From an uncultured virus (IMG/VR IMGVR_UViG_3300029309_000020) (lineage: Duplodnaviria > Heunggongvirae > Uroviricota > Caudoviricetes), in IMG/VR virus record IMGVR_UViG_3300029309_000020: 64,000 nucleotides of DNA; one strand, 5' to 3'. Shown here in pieces: positions 38,530 through 47,654 of this stretch. Numbering within the stretch: position 1 is the stretch's first letter; every line of letters begins with the position of its first letter. Position numbers and translations under genes: made by a program. The notes under the pieces are model-generated. The model worked only from the letters and a program-made list of their open reading frames with translations. It did no database searches and had not been told where the DNA came from.

Positions 38530-39265
38530 CTTTTACAAATGTTCCGTTAATCATTTTGCCAGTTCTATTAGATATTTCATCATAAGCAGTGCTAATACAG
38601 TCCTCAATGCGGGTACCGGCAAGTTCGGCCAGATTAGTAAGCACAACAACACAATCACCAATAGCATCAATAGTATCTTCTCTATTATTTTTAAGTATAC
38701 TTTGGGATAATTCTCCAGCTTCTTCATATAATTTAATTAATTGTGTTTTTAAATCTCCCTTATCTAAGATTCCTTTTTCTTCTGCCCAATTCCTAATTTT
38801 GTCAAAGTCATGTTTTTGAAATGCACCAGCTTTTGCCATAGCTTTGTTGTATATATAACAAGTCGCTGGCCCAAATTGGCTAGACACTGCATTGCTGAGG
38901 ACCCAATCAATTTTATCTGTTGTATCAAGTTTAAATTCTCCATATTGATTTTTAATTTTTAAGTCTGCAAGAAATTTTGCATTTAATTCTGATTTTGGTA
39001 TTTTAAATGTTGTTGTAGCAGGCGAAGAGCTATGCTTTTTCATTTTTGGTTTTTTAAATAAATTTTTATATAATTTTAAATCTTTTTTATATCCAAATTC
39101 TAATTGAGAAACTTGTTCTTTTAAAGAGGCCTCATTTATATCTTTGGTTTCTAAAAGTACTTCGTACTCATTAGAGTTATAACCTTGTTGATCAGTAACT
39201 CTTTTTTGCAAGTTAGTTGTACAACCAACTTTTACTCCAGGTATATGGTATACATAATATGTCAT
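38519..39265 (-). CDS. GIY-YIG-like N-terminal domain fused to a MazG-like NTP pyrophosphatase
   Basis: N-terminus YYVYHIPGVKVGCT.NL.KR; C-terminus KLYEEAGEL...DAIGD..V.L. Confidence 0.75.
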   Translation of the reverse strand: MTYYVYHIPGVKVGCTTNLQKRVTDQQGYNSNEYEVLLETKDINEASLKEQVSQLEFGYKKDLKLYKNLFKKPKMKKHSSSPATTTFKIPKSELNAKFLADLKIKNQYGEFKLDTTDKIDWVLSNAVSSQFGPATCYIYNKAMAKAGAFQKHDFDKIRNWAEEKGILDKGDLKTQLIKLYEEAGELSQSILKNNREDTIDAIGDCVVVLTNLAELAGTRIEDCISTAYDEISNRTGKMINGTFVKDEG

Positions 39266-40074
39266 GTTGCTAATGGTGCTTTTATAGGTATGTTTGAATT
39301 ATAATTTTCTAATATAATATCTTTATGCAAAGGTAAAACTATTTTTTCATTATATTGCAATCCTTTTAATAATTTTACGTTAGGTAATATTAAATCTCTT
39401 CTATCTAAATATATTTTAGCTTGCTCAATATGATTATTATATATATGGCAATCACCCATAAACGCTATTAATTGCCCTGGTTTATAACCGTTACCTTTAG
39501 CTAACATTAATAATAATAAACCATACATAGCTATGTCATAAGGTAATCCTAAAAATATATCTACAGATCTTTGGTTCCAACTTAAGTTAAGTTTACCATC
39601 ATTTATATAGACTTGAAAACCATAATGGCAGGGAGGCAGTGCCATATTAGACATATCAGCGGGATTCCATAAGCTTGCCATAATGCGCCGCGAGCTTGGG
39701 TTTTCTTTAATCTCGAAGAGAATATGTTTAAGCTGATCAAAGCCATTAAAGTTCCTAAGCTGCTGCCCATAAACAGCACCCAAAGTTCCATCTTCTCTAT
39801 CTGATTTGTTATAATTATCATCCCAATAAGTAACACCGTGTTTGTGCAAGTAAGCAAGGTCAGTACGTCCTTGAAGTATCCATAATAATTCCGTAACTGC
39901 ATGATTAAAATATATTTTTTTAGCTGTTAATAGCGGGAAGCCCTCAGCCATATCATGTCTAAGTACTCTTCCGTAGACAGACTGCGTCCCAGTGTTTGTT
40001 CTATCTTCTTTTTGTGCTCCGCCGTGAAGCACTCCTGATAGTAGTCCTCGATATTCATCTTGTACGTTTATCAT
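39262..40074 (-). CDS. thyA: Thymidylate synthase
   Basis: DRTNTGT, FPLLT.KK, ELLW, MALPPCH, QRSVD.FLG.P, D.HIY.NH. Confidence 0.95.
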   Translation of the reverse strand: MINVQDEYRGLLSGVLHGGAQKEDRTNTGTQSVYGRVLRHDMAEGFPLLTAKKIYFNHAVTELLWILQGRTDLAYLHKHGVTYWDDNYNKSDREDGTLGAVYGQQLRNFNGFDQLKHILFEIKENPSSRRIMASLWNPADMSNMALPPCHYGFQVYINDGKLNLSWNQRSVDIFLGLPYDIAMYGLLLLMLAKGNGYKPGQLIAFMGDCHIYNNHIEQAKIYLDRRDLILPNVKLLKGLQYNEKIVLPLHKDIILENYNSNIPIKAPLAT

Positions 40075-40345
40075 AATAATATTTTTTCATATTATATAAT
40101 TCTTGGTGTATATTTTCCGCTGTATATACATTTGGAGATAAATATGCTTTTTCTCCTTTTTTATAAGGGCCTATTCTTACTTCTATACGCCATTCTTCCG
40201 GATGCATACCTTGCTGAGTAGGTTTAGGACTTATCCTAATATTATTATTAACACAGTATCTATCGTACTCAATTTGAATAATTGAAGGTGTAAACCCCGT
40301 ATTTAAACCTTTGTAGCCTTTTTTCTTTTTTACTCCGCTTCCCAT
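40055..40345 (-). CDS. Hypothetical phage protein
   Basis: 96-aa ORF overlapping both neighbours. Confidence 0.6.
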   Translation of the reverse strand: MGSGVKKKKGYKGLNTGFTPSIIQIEYDRYCVNNNIRISPKPTQQGMHPEEWRIEVRIGPYKKGEKAYLSPNVYTAENIHQELYNMKKYYYDKRTR

Positions 40346-42039
40346 GGCATTGAATCAATTACTGTTTCTTCAATTGGTATATAATTACCGCTTATATGAT
40401 CCCATTTAAAATGCGCTTCAGCTTGGTTTTCACCTAAATTTTGAAATTTAACTTTTAAAACTTTTACTTTAACGCTTTTATTCTCATAATTTCTGTGTAC
40501 TAATAATCCGTGATAAGATGCATCATACCATTCTCCGCCGCCCTTAATGCTATACATATTAGGTTCGTCAATAGTACCATCTTCTTTTTTATACATCTTA
40601 GTAGGGTGCGCAACTATTATTACTAATACATCATATTTTTTTGCAAAAGCTTCTACACGGGTTAAATATTCCATTGTAGCATCAGGTATACTCATGCTGC
40701 TTGCCCCTTGCATTTTAACTTTATTATACGGATCTATAACTAAACATTTAATTCCTTTACGTTTTACCAGTTCCGCACCTTTACTAAGTACTGCATCTAA
40801 ATCATATCTTTCATTCTCTATGAAATAAAAGTTATCATTTACTTTATTAATTATTTGATTCCATTTATCCGAGCCTATGTCATTTTTTCTAGGCATCCAA
40901 TCGCCAAACTTTCTTATAAGTTTATGTGTATGCAAAAAAGTTGGTTTGTTTTCAGGTGATGCAAAAGCTGTTTTCCAACCATAATTTAAGTTGTACCCCA
41001 CCACCATTCTATCAACAAAATCTGACTTGCCAGAACTAGGAACGCCAGTAACGGTGATAAACTGCCCAGTATAAGTACTGAATATGCTATCAAAGTTATT
41101 AAGACCGATTTGATAACCAGGTTTAAACCCTTCAAAAATAAACTCTTCAAGTTCTTCATTTATATCTTTTAATGTTACAACATTTTCAATGGGTACAGGC
41201 TTAGCCTTGCTAATACTATTATAAAGATCACTGCGCCCATTCGCCACAAGAAATTCATTAGCATCTTTGTATACTCCGAACTCAACCGTAAAGCATCTCT
41301 CTGCGCCGAGCCTTCTGATAAGCTCTTGTTTAAGGGTAACTCCCGCCTCATCTGTATCAACTGCGAGTATGATCTTTTCTTTTGAATCGAAATAATCAAT
41401 GCAGCTGTCCAAGTAATCAAGATTAGTGTTGTTAATAGTAGCTCCGTTTGGAACGGATACAACAGATAAGACACCGCTTTCCACATAAGAAAGAGCATCA
41501 ATCTCGCCTTCCACAATAACAACATAGTCGCTATTAATAGTGTTATCAATGTTATAGAAGACCTTCTCGGCTCCTTTAACCAATTTAAAATTTTTTCTAC
41601 CATCTCTATACTTTATATTTATTAATTCATTATTGATAAAGTAATTGAATTGGATTGTGTTTTCATTTTTTCCAGTTTGTGGCATATATTCAACTCCTTC
41701 AGTTACTTTCATTTTAACTAAAGTATTTTGGCTTATACCACGGCTCTCAAACCATTTAATTACCTTATTGCTAAGGTCTGTTTTATTTTCCCAAACAGGT
41801 TTGGTATATTCTTTCAATTTATTTGATTGTCTTTTAAACGTGTGTAATTGAAATACTTCATTACAATTCATGCAAGTACCCAGGCCTCTTTCCCAATCGT
41901 ACATAGCACATTTAGCTTTTTGATTTTTAGGCTTTCGGGTATGAGAGCAAAGAGGGCATACACCCTCTCGCTTCCCAACCTGCAAGTCGTATTGATTAAA
42001 TGTTTCAATTTCAAAACCGTTAATCTCAGAAGTATTCAT
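40330..42039 (-). CDS. Bifunctional primase-helicase (T7 gp4/Twinkle-like)
   Basis: Zn finger CPLC...CMNC, TOPRIM EGEIDALS and AVDTD, helicase GVPSSGKS, VIDPYN, VAHP. Confidence 0.93.
   Translation of the reverse strand: MNTSEINGFEIETFNQYDLQVGKREGVCPLCSHTRKPKNQKAKCAMYDWERGLGTCMNCNEVFQLHTFKRQSNKLKEYTKPVWENKTDLSNKVIKWFESRGISQNTLVKMKVTEGVEYMPQTGKNENTIQFNYFINNELINIKYRDGRKNFKLVKGAEKVFYNIDNTINSDYVVIVEGEIDALSYVESGVLSVVSVPNGATINNTNLDYLDSCIDYFDSKEKIILAVDTDEAGVTLKQELIRRLGAERCFTVEFGVYKDANEFLVANGRSDLYNSISKAKPVPIENVVTLKDINEELEEFIFEGFKPGYQIGLNNFDSIFSTYTGQFITVTGVPSSGKSDFVDRMVVGYNLNYGWKTAFASPENKPTFLHTHKLIRKFGDWMPRKNDIGSDKWNQIINKVNDNFYFIENERYDLDAVLSKGAELVKRKGIKCLVIDPYNKVKMQGASSMSIPDATMEYLTRVEAFAKKYDVLVIIVAHPTKMYKKEDGTIDEPNMYSIKGGGEWYDASYHGLLVHRNYENKSVKVKVLKVKFQNLGENQAEAHFKWDHISGNYIPIEETVIDSMPWEAE
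41175..41603 (-). CDS. Candidate overprinted membrane protein in the +1 frame of the primase
   Basis: 142-codon same-strand ORF with three hydrophobic stretches; coincides with a GC3-shifted patch. Confidence 0.35.
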   Translation of the reverse strand: MVEKILNWLKEPRRSSITLITLLIATMLLLWKARLMLFLMWKAVSYLLYPFQTELLLTTLILITWTAALIISIQKKRSYSQLIQMRRELPLNKSLSEGSAQRDALRLSSEYTKMLMNFLWRMGAVIFIIVLARLSLYPLKML

Positions 42040-42353
42040 TAAAACGGTAAATCAGGTTCTTCTTGTTTTACATTTTGCATTTCAATAGATTGCTGTGTGC
42101 CTTGCTTATCAGCTGTAGTAACATTTTGGCCATTTGTCCAAACTACTTTAACGTTACCTAAATATTCCTTTTGAGCTTTAGCATCCCTTTCATCTTTGGT
42201 TTGTTCTGTCATTATATAACCAGAATCCCCATATTGTCCGGGTTCGTCATTTAATACGATAGTAATTGGATAATACTTTCCTTTTTTACCTTCATATATT
42301 TTTGATTTATTAATCTTAGTAAGATCAATATTTGATGATATAATACTTGCCAT
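42039..42353 (-). CDS. Putative single-stranded DNA-binding protein
   Basis: IDLTKI.K...GKKGKY...YLGN.K motif and acidic DLPF C-terminal tail. Confidence 0.7.
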   Translation of the reverse strand: MASIISSNIDLTKINKSKIYEGKKGKYYPITIVLNDEPGQYGDSGYIMTEQTKDERDAKAQKEYLGNVKVVWTNGQNVTTADKQGTQQSIEMQNVKQEEPDLPF

Positions 42354-42517
42354 TAATAAGTAGCTAATTGATTAAACATTCTTTTTAACTGAGATTTATT
42401 AGCTCCTGTTAATCTACGCATGTTGTCAACCGCTTTTACATGCGACTGATTTGCATAAAAATTTGTTGGACTAGTTTTAATTCCAGTTACACTACACGTT
42501 TTTTTTGTTTTTCTCAT
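42353..42517 (-). CDS. Small hypothetical protein (54 aa)
   Basis: Hand-translated MRKTKKTCSVTGIKTSPTNFYANQSHVKAVDNMRR...; TAATG overlap with the SSB gene. Confidence 0.6.
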   Translation of the reverse strand: MRKTKKTCSVTGIKTSPTNFYANQSHVKAVDNMRRLTGANKSQLKRMFNQLATY

Positions 42518-42532
42518 AAAATTAAATTTAAA

Positions 42533-43264
42533 TTAAAGTGTTTTAGAAATATAATATTGACTTATGTCAATGTCTTTATTAACGAAAAATTCGTTATAAG
42601 CTTGAGCTGCTTTAGCAACTTTATTTTGCCCTAAATCTAAAAATCTATCGGAGCAATCAAATAGCCCAAGCTGGTGAGTCTTTTTATCTATAACTAAAAA
42701 TATTAATTCATAGCCAAACATTTTAGAATAAATATATGCTTGGCTATCATAATTATATTTATATGCACTGCTTTGAAAAGCATTTATATTATTTGTTGTT
42801 TTCAGATCAATTACTAATTGATGCGAATGATTTATAATATCAGCTTTACCCTTCCACATCATATCTTCGAGTTCCACAATACCAGGTTCTTCATAAGTGA
42901 CCTGGCCTTCTTGGATTAAATCTTTGAACAGCTCGTTGTCTAAAACGATTTCTCGCATTAGTTCAATACTATCTGCCTCATGTTCTAAAAGACATATATC
43001 ACCTTCCGATAACTCTTTATATACTTTAGTGTTCCTTGTGTTTGATTTAATTATTTTATATTTATCAAGTTTATGAGGCTCAAGGATGCATGTGTGAAAG
43101 TACCCCCCAATAACAAGCGCAGGCGATGGAGGCATTTGCTTCTTGAAATCAAGAGGATTATTTAATAACGCTGCAATATCAGAATTACTTAGGTATTGTT
43201 TTCCAAACTCACCGTAATAATTCTCATCATCACGCAGTTTATTTAATATCTCTTTTTTATCCAT
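42533..43264 (-). CDS. PD-(D/E)XK exonuclease (RecE/exonuclease VIII-like)
   Basis: LSNS, G.YFH..ILEP, KGKAD, IDLKTT, YNYDSQA..Y. Confidence 0.85.
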   Translation of the reverse strand: MDKKEILNKLRDDENYYGEFGKQYLSNSDIAALLNNPLDFKKQMPPSPALVIGGYFHTCILEPHKLDKYKIIKSNTRNTKVYKELSEGDICLLEHEADSIELMREIVLDNELFKDLIQEGQVTYEEPGIVELEDMMWKGKADIINHSHQLVIDLKTTNNINAFQSSAYKYNYDSQAYIYSKMFGYELIFLVIDKKTHQLGLFDCSDRFLDLGQNKVAKAAQAYNEFFVNKDIDISQYYISKTL

Positions 43265-43787
43265 TCTGTAATTCTTTCAAAGCGGTAGGTTCTATATCAT
43301 ATTTGTCCTGTAAGGTTTTTAATAATCCACCGTTATCTAAAAACTTTTTAGCTTTATCAATATTGCTAGAACTTATCTTAGGCTTTAGCTTGCCGTGGTC
43401 GTTTGTAGCGTCCGCGTCTGCAGTATCGTCAATTAATAGTAGATTACCTAAGGCATATTTTTTAGCGTAGCTAGAAGCACTTCCAAACTGCTGAGGAGTT
43501 GCCATGCCTTTTTGATTCATATCAACACCCACTATAGCGGTAGTATTAATAGCATTAGTATCATCCATATCAACCATTGTAGCAGTGGTTTCAATTATAG
43601 GTAATTTATCTGTATGTATATATTTTTCTTTTACCGTAAAATATACTCGATATTTTTCATTAATAGGTTTTAATGCTTCCAATATATCTTCAGCCGATCT
43701 AAAGTTATACTTACCGAAAGAATTAAACCTAGACTTTTTAGCTTTAAACTCAATTTGAATTTTACTTAATTTTTCTGCTGTTGTCAT
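43257..43787 (-). CDS. ERF-family single-strand annealing protein
   Basis: K...N.FGKY.FR..EDI..ALKP and Q..GSASSYA.KYAL..LL.IDD..DAD. Confidence 0.88.
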   Translation of the reverse strand: MTTAEKLSKIQIEFKAKKSRFNSFGKYNFRSAEDILEALKPINEKYRVYFTVKEKYIHTDKLPIIETTATMVDMDDTNAINTTAIVGVDMNQKGMATPQQFGSASSYAKKYALGNLLLIDDTADADATNDHGKLKPKISSSNIDKAKKFLDNGGLLKTLQDKYDIEPTALKELQNG

Positions 43788-44031
43788 AATTTAATTTGTG
43801 ATATAATTTATTATTTAATTTAATTGTTTTAGTTTGGTATTTACCATTTATAAAATATGAATTATAATAATCAGATTCAATTTTAATATTGAACTCTTGT
43901 AATTTATTAAAGTTCTGTTTGTCGTGTTGATAAACACGATCTATGTTAAAATAATCTAATGCTTCACTAAAGTTAGTAGCATCGCCTCTGTCTATAATAT
44001 CATCTTCTTTATCGTATAATTTAGTATTCAT
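43762..44031 (-). CDS. Hypothetical protein, first gene of the recombination/replication block
   Basis: 89 aa, directly downstream of a class II motif. Confidence 0.6.
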   Translation of the reverse strand: MNTKLYDKEDDIIDRGDATNFSEALDYFNIDRVYQHDKQNFNKLQEFNIKIESDYYNSYFINGKYQTKTIKLNNKLYHKLNYDNSRKIK

Positions 44032-44033
44032 AG

Positions 44034-44070
44034 CTATAATATTTATTACATAAAAACTTTAAAAAGTATA
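44034..44070 (-). promoter_or_regulatory. Class II promoter-like motif (TATACTTTTTA-N6-TTATGTAATA-W-ATATTATAG)
   Basis: 32/37 identical to 50914-50950 (+); intergenic, between the sigma gene and the replication genes. Confidence 0.65.
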
Positions 44071-44802
44071 TCATTTTTCTAAAAATCTTTCAATTACTTC
44101 TGTAATTTCTTCTTCTTTTAATTTATCTAAAGCTCTTGCTTTTGTTTTCTTAATCCATATTGCAGACTTATTAAACCACTCAGCAATTCTATTAATACTT
44201 TGAGGTTTATCGTAAGCCTCGTCTATACCAAATGATTTTTTTAATACTTCTTTTTCAAAAGAGGTTAGCATTTTATCAAATATATCATTTAGTAACAAGT
44301 TTAGTTGTTCATTGTTATAATTAGGTACTTCATCGATAATATCAAAATAACTATTATTAAAAAACGACGAAAATGTTTTAGTTAAAAATATATCTATTTG
44401 ATAATTATTATCATATTTACCGTCATAAGCGTCTCCGTGAGGTCTTAAATTATAATATGCTTCAGGTATTCTAATTGTATCTCTGTCTTTAGCAATTGCT
44501 CTTTTAATACCGTTTTTAATATTAAGCTTTAAGTAGTTGATTATTATACCGTTACGCTCCTCTGGAACAGAGTTATTTATTAAATTCCAGTCTAAATTGT
44601 TCCATGCTTTATAAAAGCTATAATAGCCTTCTTGCAATAAATCATTTAAATCAAGTACACCAATTCTAGAATAACTTCTATTAAAAGAATTAGCAATTGA
44701 TCTAGGCCATTCAATAAATTGCGCTTTTACAGCGTCTTCATCTTTAAAATTTTTCATTTCTTGCATATGAAATTTATATGTTGGGTGACTGTACCATTTC
44801 AT
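44071..44802 (-). CDS. Phage sigma-70 family sigma factor
   Basis: Region 2 DLNDLLQEG...YL..NIK.GI.RAI...RDTIRIP; region 4 LT..EKEVL...FGI...SI..IAE.F......I......AL.KLK. Confidence 0.85.
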   Translation of the reverse strand: MKWYSHPTYKFHMQEMKNFKDEDAVKAQFIEWPRSIANSFNRSYSRIGVLDLNDLLQEGYYSFYKAWNNLDWNLINNSVPEERNGIIINYLKLNIKNGIKRAIAKDRDTIRIPEAYYNLRPHGDAYDGKYDNNYQIDIFLTKTFSSFFNNSYFDIIDEVPNYNNEQLNLLLNDIFDKMLTSFEKEVLKKSFGIDEAYDKPQSINRIAEWFNKSAIWIKKTKARALDKLKEEEITEVIERFLEK

Positions 44803-44893
44803 TTTCTTTTATTTGGTTTTTGTTCTGCTTTTATTCTATCTTTTATTTTAAAGATATTTGATTTTATATAATGTTTATATAGTTTTATTCTGC

Positions 44894-45046
44894 TCATAAC
44901 CAGTTAATTATAATGTTTATTGATATTAATAAGTTTGTAATTATAGCTTGCATAATTAATAACGTTCTTACAAATGCAACAGCATCCGCATTTTCTTCAG
45001 ATTTTTCACCTAAAGCTTTTGCCCATATTCGCCAAGTGTTTTTCAT
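44894..45046 (-). CDS. Small membrane protein (WRIWAKALGEK type)
   Basis: Hand-translated MKNTWRIWAKALGEKSEENADAVAFVRTLLIMQAIITNLLISINIIINWL. Confidence 0.6.
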   Translation of the reverse strand: MKNTWRIWAKALGEKSEENADAVAFVRTLLIMQAIITNLLISINIIINWL

Positions 45047-45202
45047 GTTAACATATTTTTTTAAAATCTATTATAGCATCAGAAGAATAATATTGTAATA
45101 TACGGTTAACAGTATCATCTTGCACATGATCTGCTACTTGTGTATTTATAATATATTCGTCCATACCGTTTTTAGGACAATTTACAATTAATTTTGCTAG
45201 TA

Positions 45203-45541
45203 TCATTCTAATAATGTTAATTTTATATTATCCCATTTACAACACATTCTGTCTGTATTTACTAATAAATCAATTCTTCTGTGCCATCTTTTATTCATTC
45301 TATCTTGAATTTCCCATTCGCCGTCTAATTCTTTATTAATACCTTCTATTAATACGCATGCACCAAAAGTAAAACCAAGTTTTTCTAAATCTCTTGATAC
45401 TGCTATCCATCTGTGCTTAGCTGGATTTAAGCTATCAATTCTATGATTAGATGCAGTAATAAAAGGTGTGCTGTCTGTTTGTTTAGGATCGGCATGGTAG
45501 ATTGTTACTGTTACTAGTAGGGTGTATAGCAAATTATTCAT
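45203..45541 (-). CDS. 3D-domain (MltA/RlpA-like) cell-wall protein
   Basis: T.Y.....QTD.TP.ITAS, IAVSRD, QD.M......RIDL. Confidence 0.8.
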   Translation of the reverse strand: MNNLLYTLLVTVTIYHADPKQTDSTPFITASNHRIDSLNPAKHRWIAVSRDLEKLGFTFGACVLIEGINKELDGEWEIQDRMNKRWHRRIDLLVNTDRMCCKWDNIKLTLLE

Positions 45542-45770
45542 GTTTGGCTATTATTAAAAATGAAATTACTTTTAATATGGTTGATGCAAATATTCCTAAA
45601 GCAATATCAATACTATTTATATTCATTTTATAAAATATATATATTACTGTTGCGTCTAGTATAAGCATTAACATTATTGATATAATAGGCAATATACTAA
45701 AAAAATCTTTAATATACATTATAAATATTCCAATACTTACTAACATTAGGGATAGTATAATACTATTCAT
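45534..45770 (-). CDS. Small multi-TM membrane protein
   Basis: Three hydrophobic segments from the probable start MNSIILSLML. Confidence 0.55.
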   Translation of the reverse strand: MNSIILSLMLVSIGIFIMYIKDFFSILPIISIMLMLILDATVIYIFYKMNINSIDIALGIFASTILKVISFLIIAKHE

Positions 45771-46611
45771 AGTTTCGGACTGTTTTAGCACGAGGAAAAC
45801 GATACGCACCAGATGGTGTACGATCGAAATACTCAAAGGTTAGTTTTTGGCCGATATAAGATTGTCTGTTATGCCATATGCCTTGGCGATCAAGTATTGT
45901 AAGTGAAGGCCAAGGAACTTCAACTACTCGATCGTTTGAATCAACGCCGATAAATTTGCCGAGGCCATTTTTGAATTTGCCACGACCTTCAATATAGTCA
46001 GTGATTGTGATCTCGGTGTCCGACCAGTCTTTAACTTTTTGTAGTGTGTAACTTCGTTTTTGTTCATAAGGTTTGTTTGTTCTAAGCATTGAGCCTTCGT
46101 AGCCGTTTGCTTTGTTTTGTTTGTGATATTTGTTTAGCTCGTTGTCATTCCAGATTACTTTAGTATCAACCTCGTGGGTGAACTTAAGTTTGTATTTGCT
46201 TTTAAGATTTGTAATAGCAAGAGTGCGATCAATAAATTTTATTTCGCTTTCAGGATTGCCAGAAAATAAATCGTAGCAATGAAATTGCAAATAACTTGCA
46301 GCTTCAAACTTATCTTGTTGTGTAGGCTTTTGCTTACGAACAAGAGAAATTATTTTGTTGAAATTGTTTTTGAACTTATGATTATAAAGCTCGCCGTCAA
46401 GAATAAGATAAGGATTATCAGCAAAGAGTGGTTTAAGTTCAGTGAGTATATGTTTACAATTGTAGAATTGCTTATTGTTTCTGCTAAAAGCTCCGTCTTT
46501 AGTAATGTAGCATCGTACGCCGTCAAGCTTTGGTTGAATAAAGTGGGTTTCATTTTTCCAGTTGATTGTTTTAGATACTGGGTGTGCCAGCATTGGTTTA
46601 AAGGTTGTCAT
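45763..46611 (-). CDS. ATP-dependent DNA ligase
   Basis: PMLA, QPKLDGVR, LDGELY, YEGSMLR, KRS..LQKVK, RFP; probable start MTTFKP. Confidence 0.93.
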   Translation of the reverse strand: MTTFKPMLAHPVSKTINWKNETHFIQPKLDGVRCYITKDGAFSRNNKQFYNCKHILTELKPLFADNPYLILDGELYNHKFKNNFNKIISLVRKQKPTQQDKFEAASYLQFHCYDLFSGNPESEIKFIDRTLAITNLKSKYKLKFTHEVDTKVIWNDNELNKYHKQNKANGYEGSMLRTNKPYEQKRSYTLQKVKDWSDTEITITDYIEGRGKFKNGLGKFIGVDSNDRVVEVPWPSLTILDRQGIWHNRQSYIGQKLTFEYFDRTPSGAYRFPRAKTVRNYE

Positions 46612-46906
46612 ATTCTTTTTTAAGTTTTTCATATATTTCTTTTAATTCTGATAATAATTCATATTTTTCTTCTGCTAATAATTGGTCTCTTGTTGCTTCA
46701 AGTTGTTTAAGTTGTGCTGCAATCATAGTTTTTTTGTCAAGCTTTTTAAAATTACCAAATGAATCTATAGATTTATGAAAAAATTCTTCAGGATTCATAG
46801 GTTCCATTGGTTGCATATTAAATTGATTATCTAAATAATCAATAATTTTTTCACTCACTAAATCCGCAAGTTTATATAATTGTTCTTCTGTCATAAGTAA
46901 TTCCAA
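46598..46906 (-). CDS. Hypothetical early protein (possible UVR-like C-terminal helix pair)
   Basis: C-terminal L.....D.LLAEEKYE....LK. Confidence 0.55.
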   Translation of the reverse strand: MELLMTEEQLYKLADLVSEKIIDYLDNQFNMQPMEPMNPEEFFHKSIDSFGNFKKLDKKTMIAAQLKQLEATRDQLLAEEKYELLSELKEIYEKLKKEYDNL

Positions 46907-47044
46907 AATCCGTCTTTCTTTTCTATATATGTAATGCCACCGCGATTGAAATGAATATCTTTATTCTTATCAAAGCTAGGTGGAATGTCACCAATTAAAT
47001 ATGGTTTCATTTCAATGGTTTCGTCTGTATTAATATTTTTTATT

Positions 47045-47371
47045 TTAATAGTCTTCATTTGCATCTTCGTTATCGTTAATCCATGTTTCAATTTCATACT
47101 CAGGCATATACTCTTCAATGTCATCAACATATACTTTAGAGCCAGCATCTAATTGCATAATGCGATCCATAATATCATCAAATGATGGCTGATAATAATA
47201 CACGTCGTTTTCCCAGTCAAGGCCATTTTCAAATGGAGTACTGTTCATAACATATACTTCATAGCCATCAGCTGTATTGTAGGTTGATACTTCAAGGTCG
47301 TACATATTATAGTTGTACGTTCCATCAATTTCAATGTTTAATTTTTCTTGTAATTTTTCTAATGCTGTCAT
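47045..47371 (-). CDS. Highly acidic early protein
   Basis: 108 aa, rich in D/E/Y, few basic residues. Confidence 0.65.
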   Translation of the reverse strand: MTALEKLQEKLNIEIDGTYNYNMYDLEVSTYNTADGYEVYVMNSTPFENGLDWENDVYYYQPSFDDIMDRIMQLDAGSKVYVDDIEEYMPEYEIETWINDNEDANEDY

Positions 47372-47377
47372 ATTTAT

Positions 47378-47644
47378 TTATTTAGTTAATTCTTTTGCGT
47401 AATAAGTTTCATAAGGTTCAACGGATCTAAATGGCATTCTATGTTTAGATTCATCGATAAGTTTAGCCATTCTAAGCCATACGCGTAGTTCATTTACATG
47501 GTGCATGCATTGGCCTCTACCTAATTCAGGAAACGCACCGTTGTGTCGTTTTCTAAATAAGTCACGCACCATAAGCCTATGGTTTGCAATATTGCTAATA
47601 AGCTTTGATTCAATTCTTGATGTTATGTATTCTTCTTTATTCAT
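47378..47644 (-). CDS. Hypothetical early protein
   Basis: 88 aa; starts about 10 nt after the tRNA-like element. Confidence 0.6.
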   Translation of the reverse strand: MNKEEYITSRIESKLISNIANHRLMVRDLFRKRHNGAFPELGRGQCMHHVNELRVWLRMAKLIDESKHRMPFRSVEPYETYYAKELTK

Positions 47645-47654
47645 AATTTTAGTT

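Noticed and set aside
33867..42039. Introns or inteins in nrdA, nrdB, thyA or the primase-helicase
   Set aside because: All have compact lengths and continuous motifs, with no intein-like insertions.
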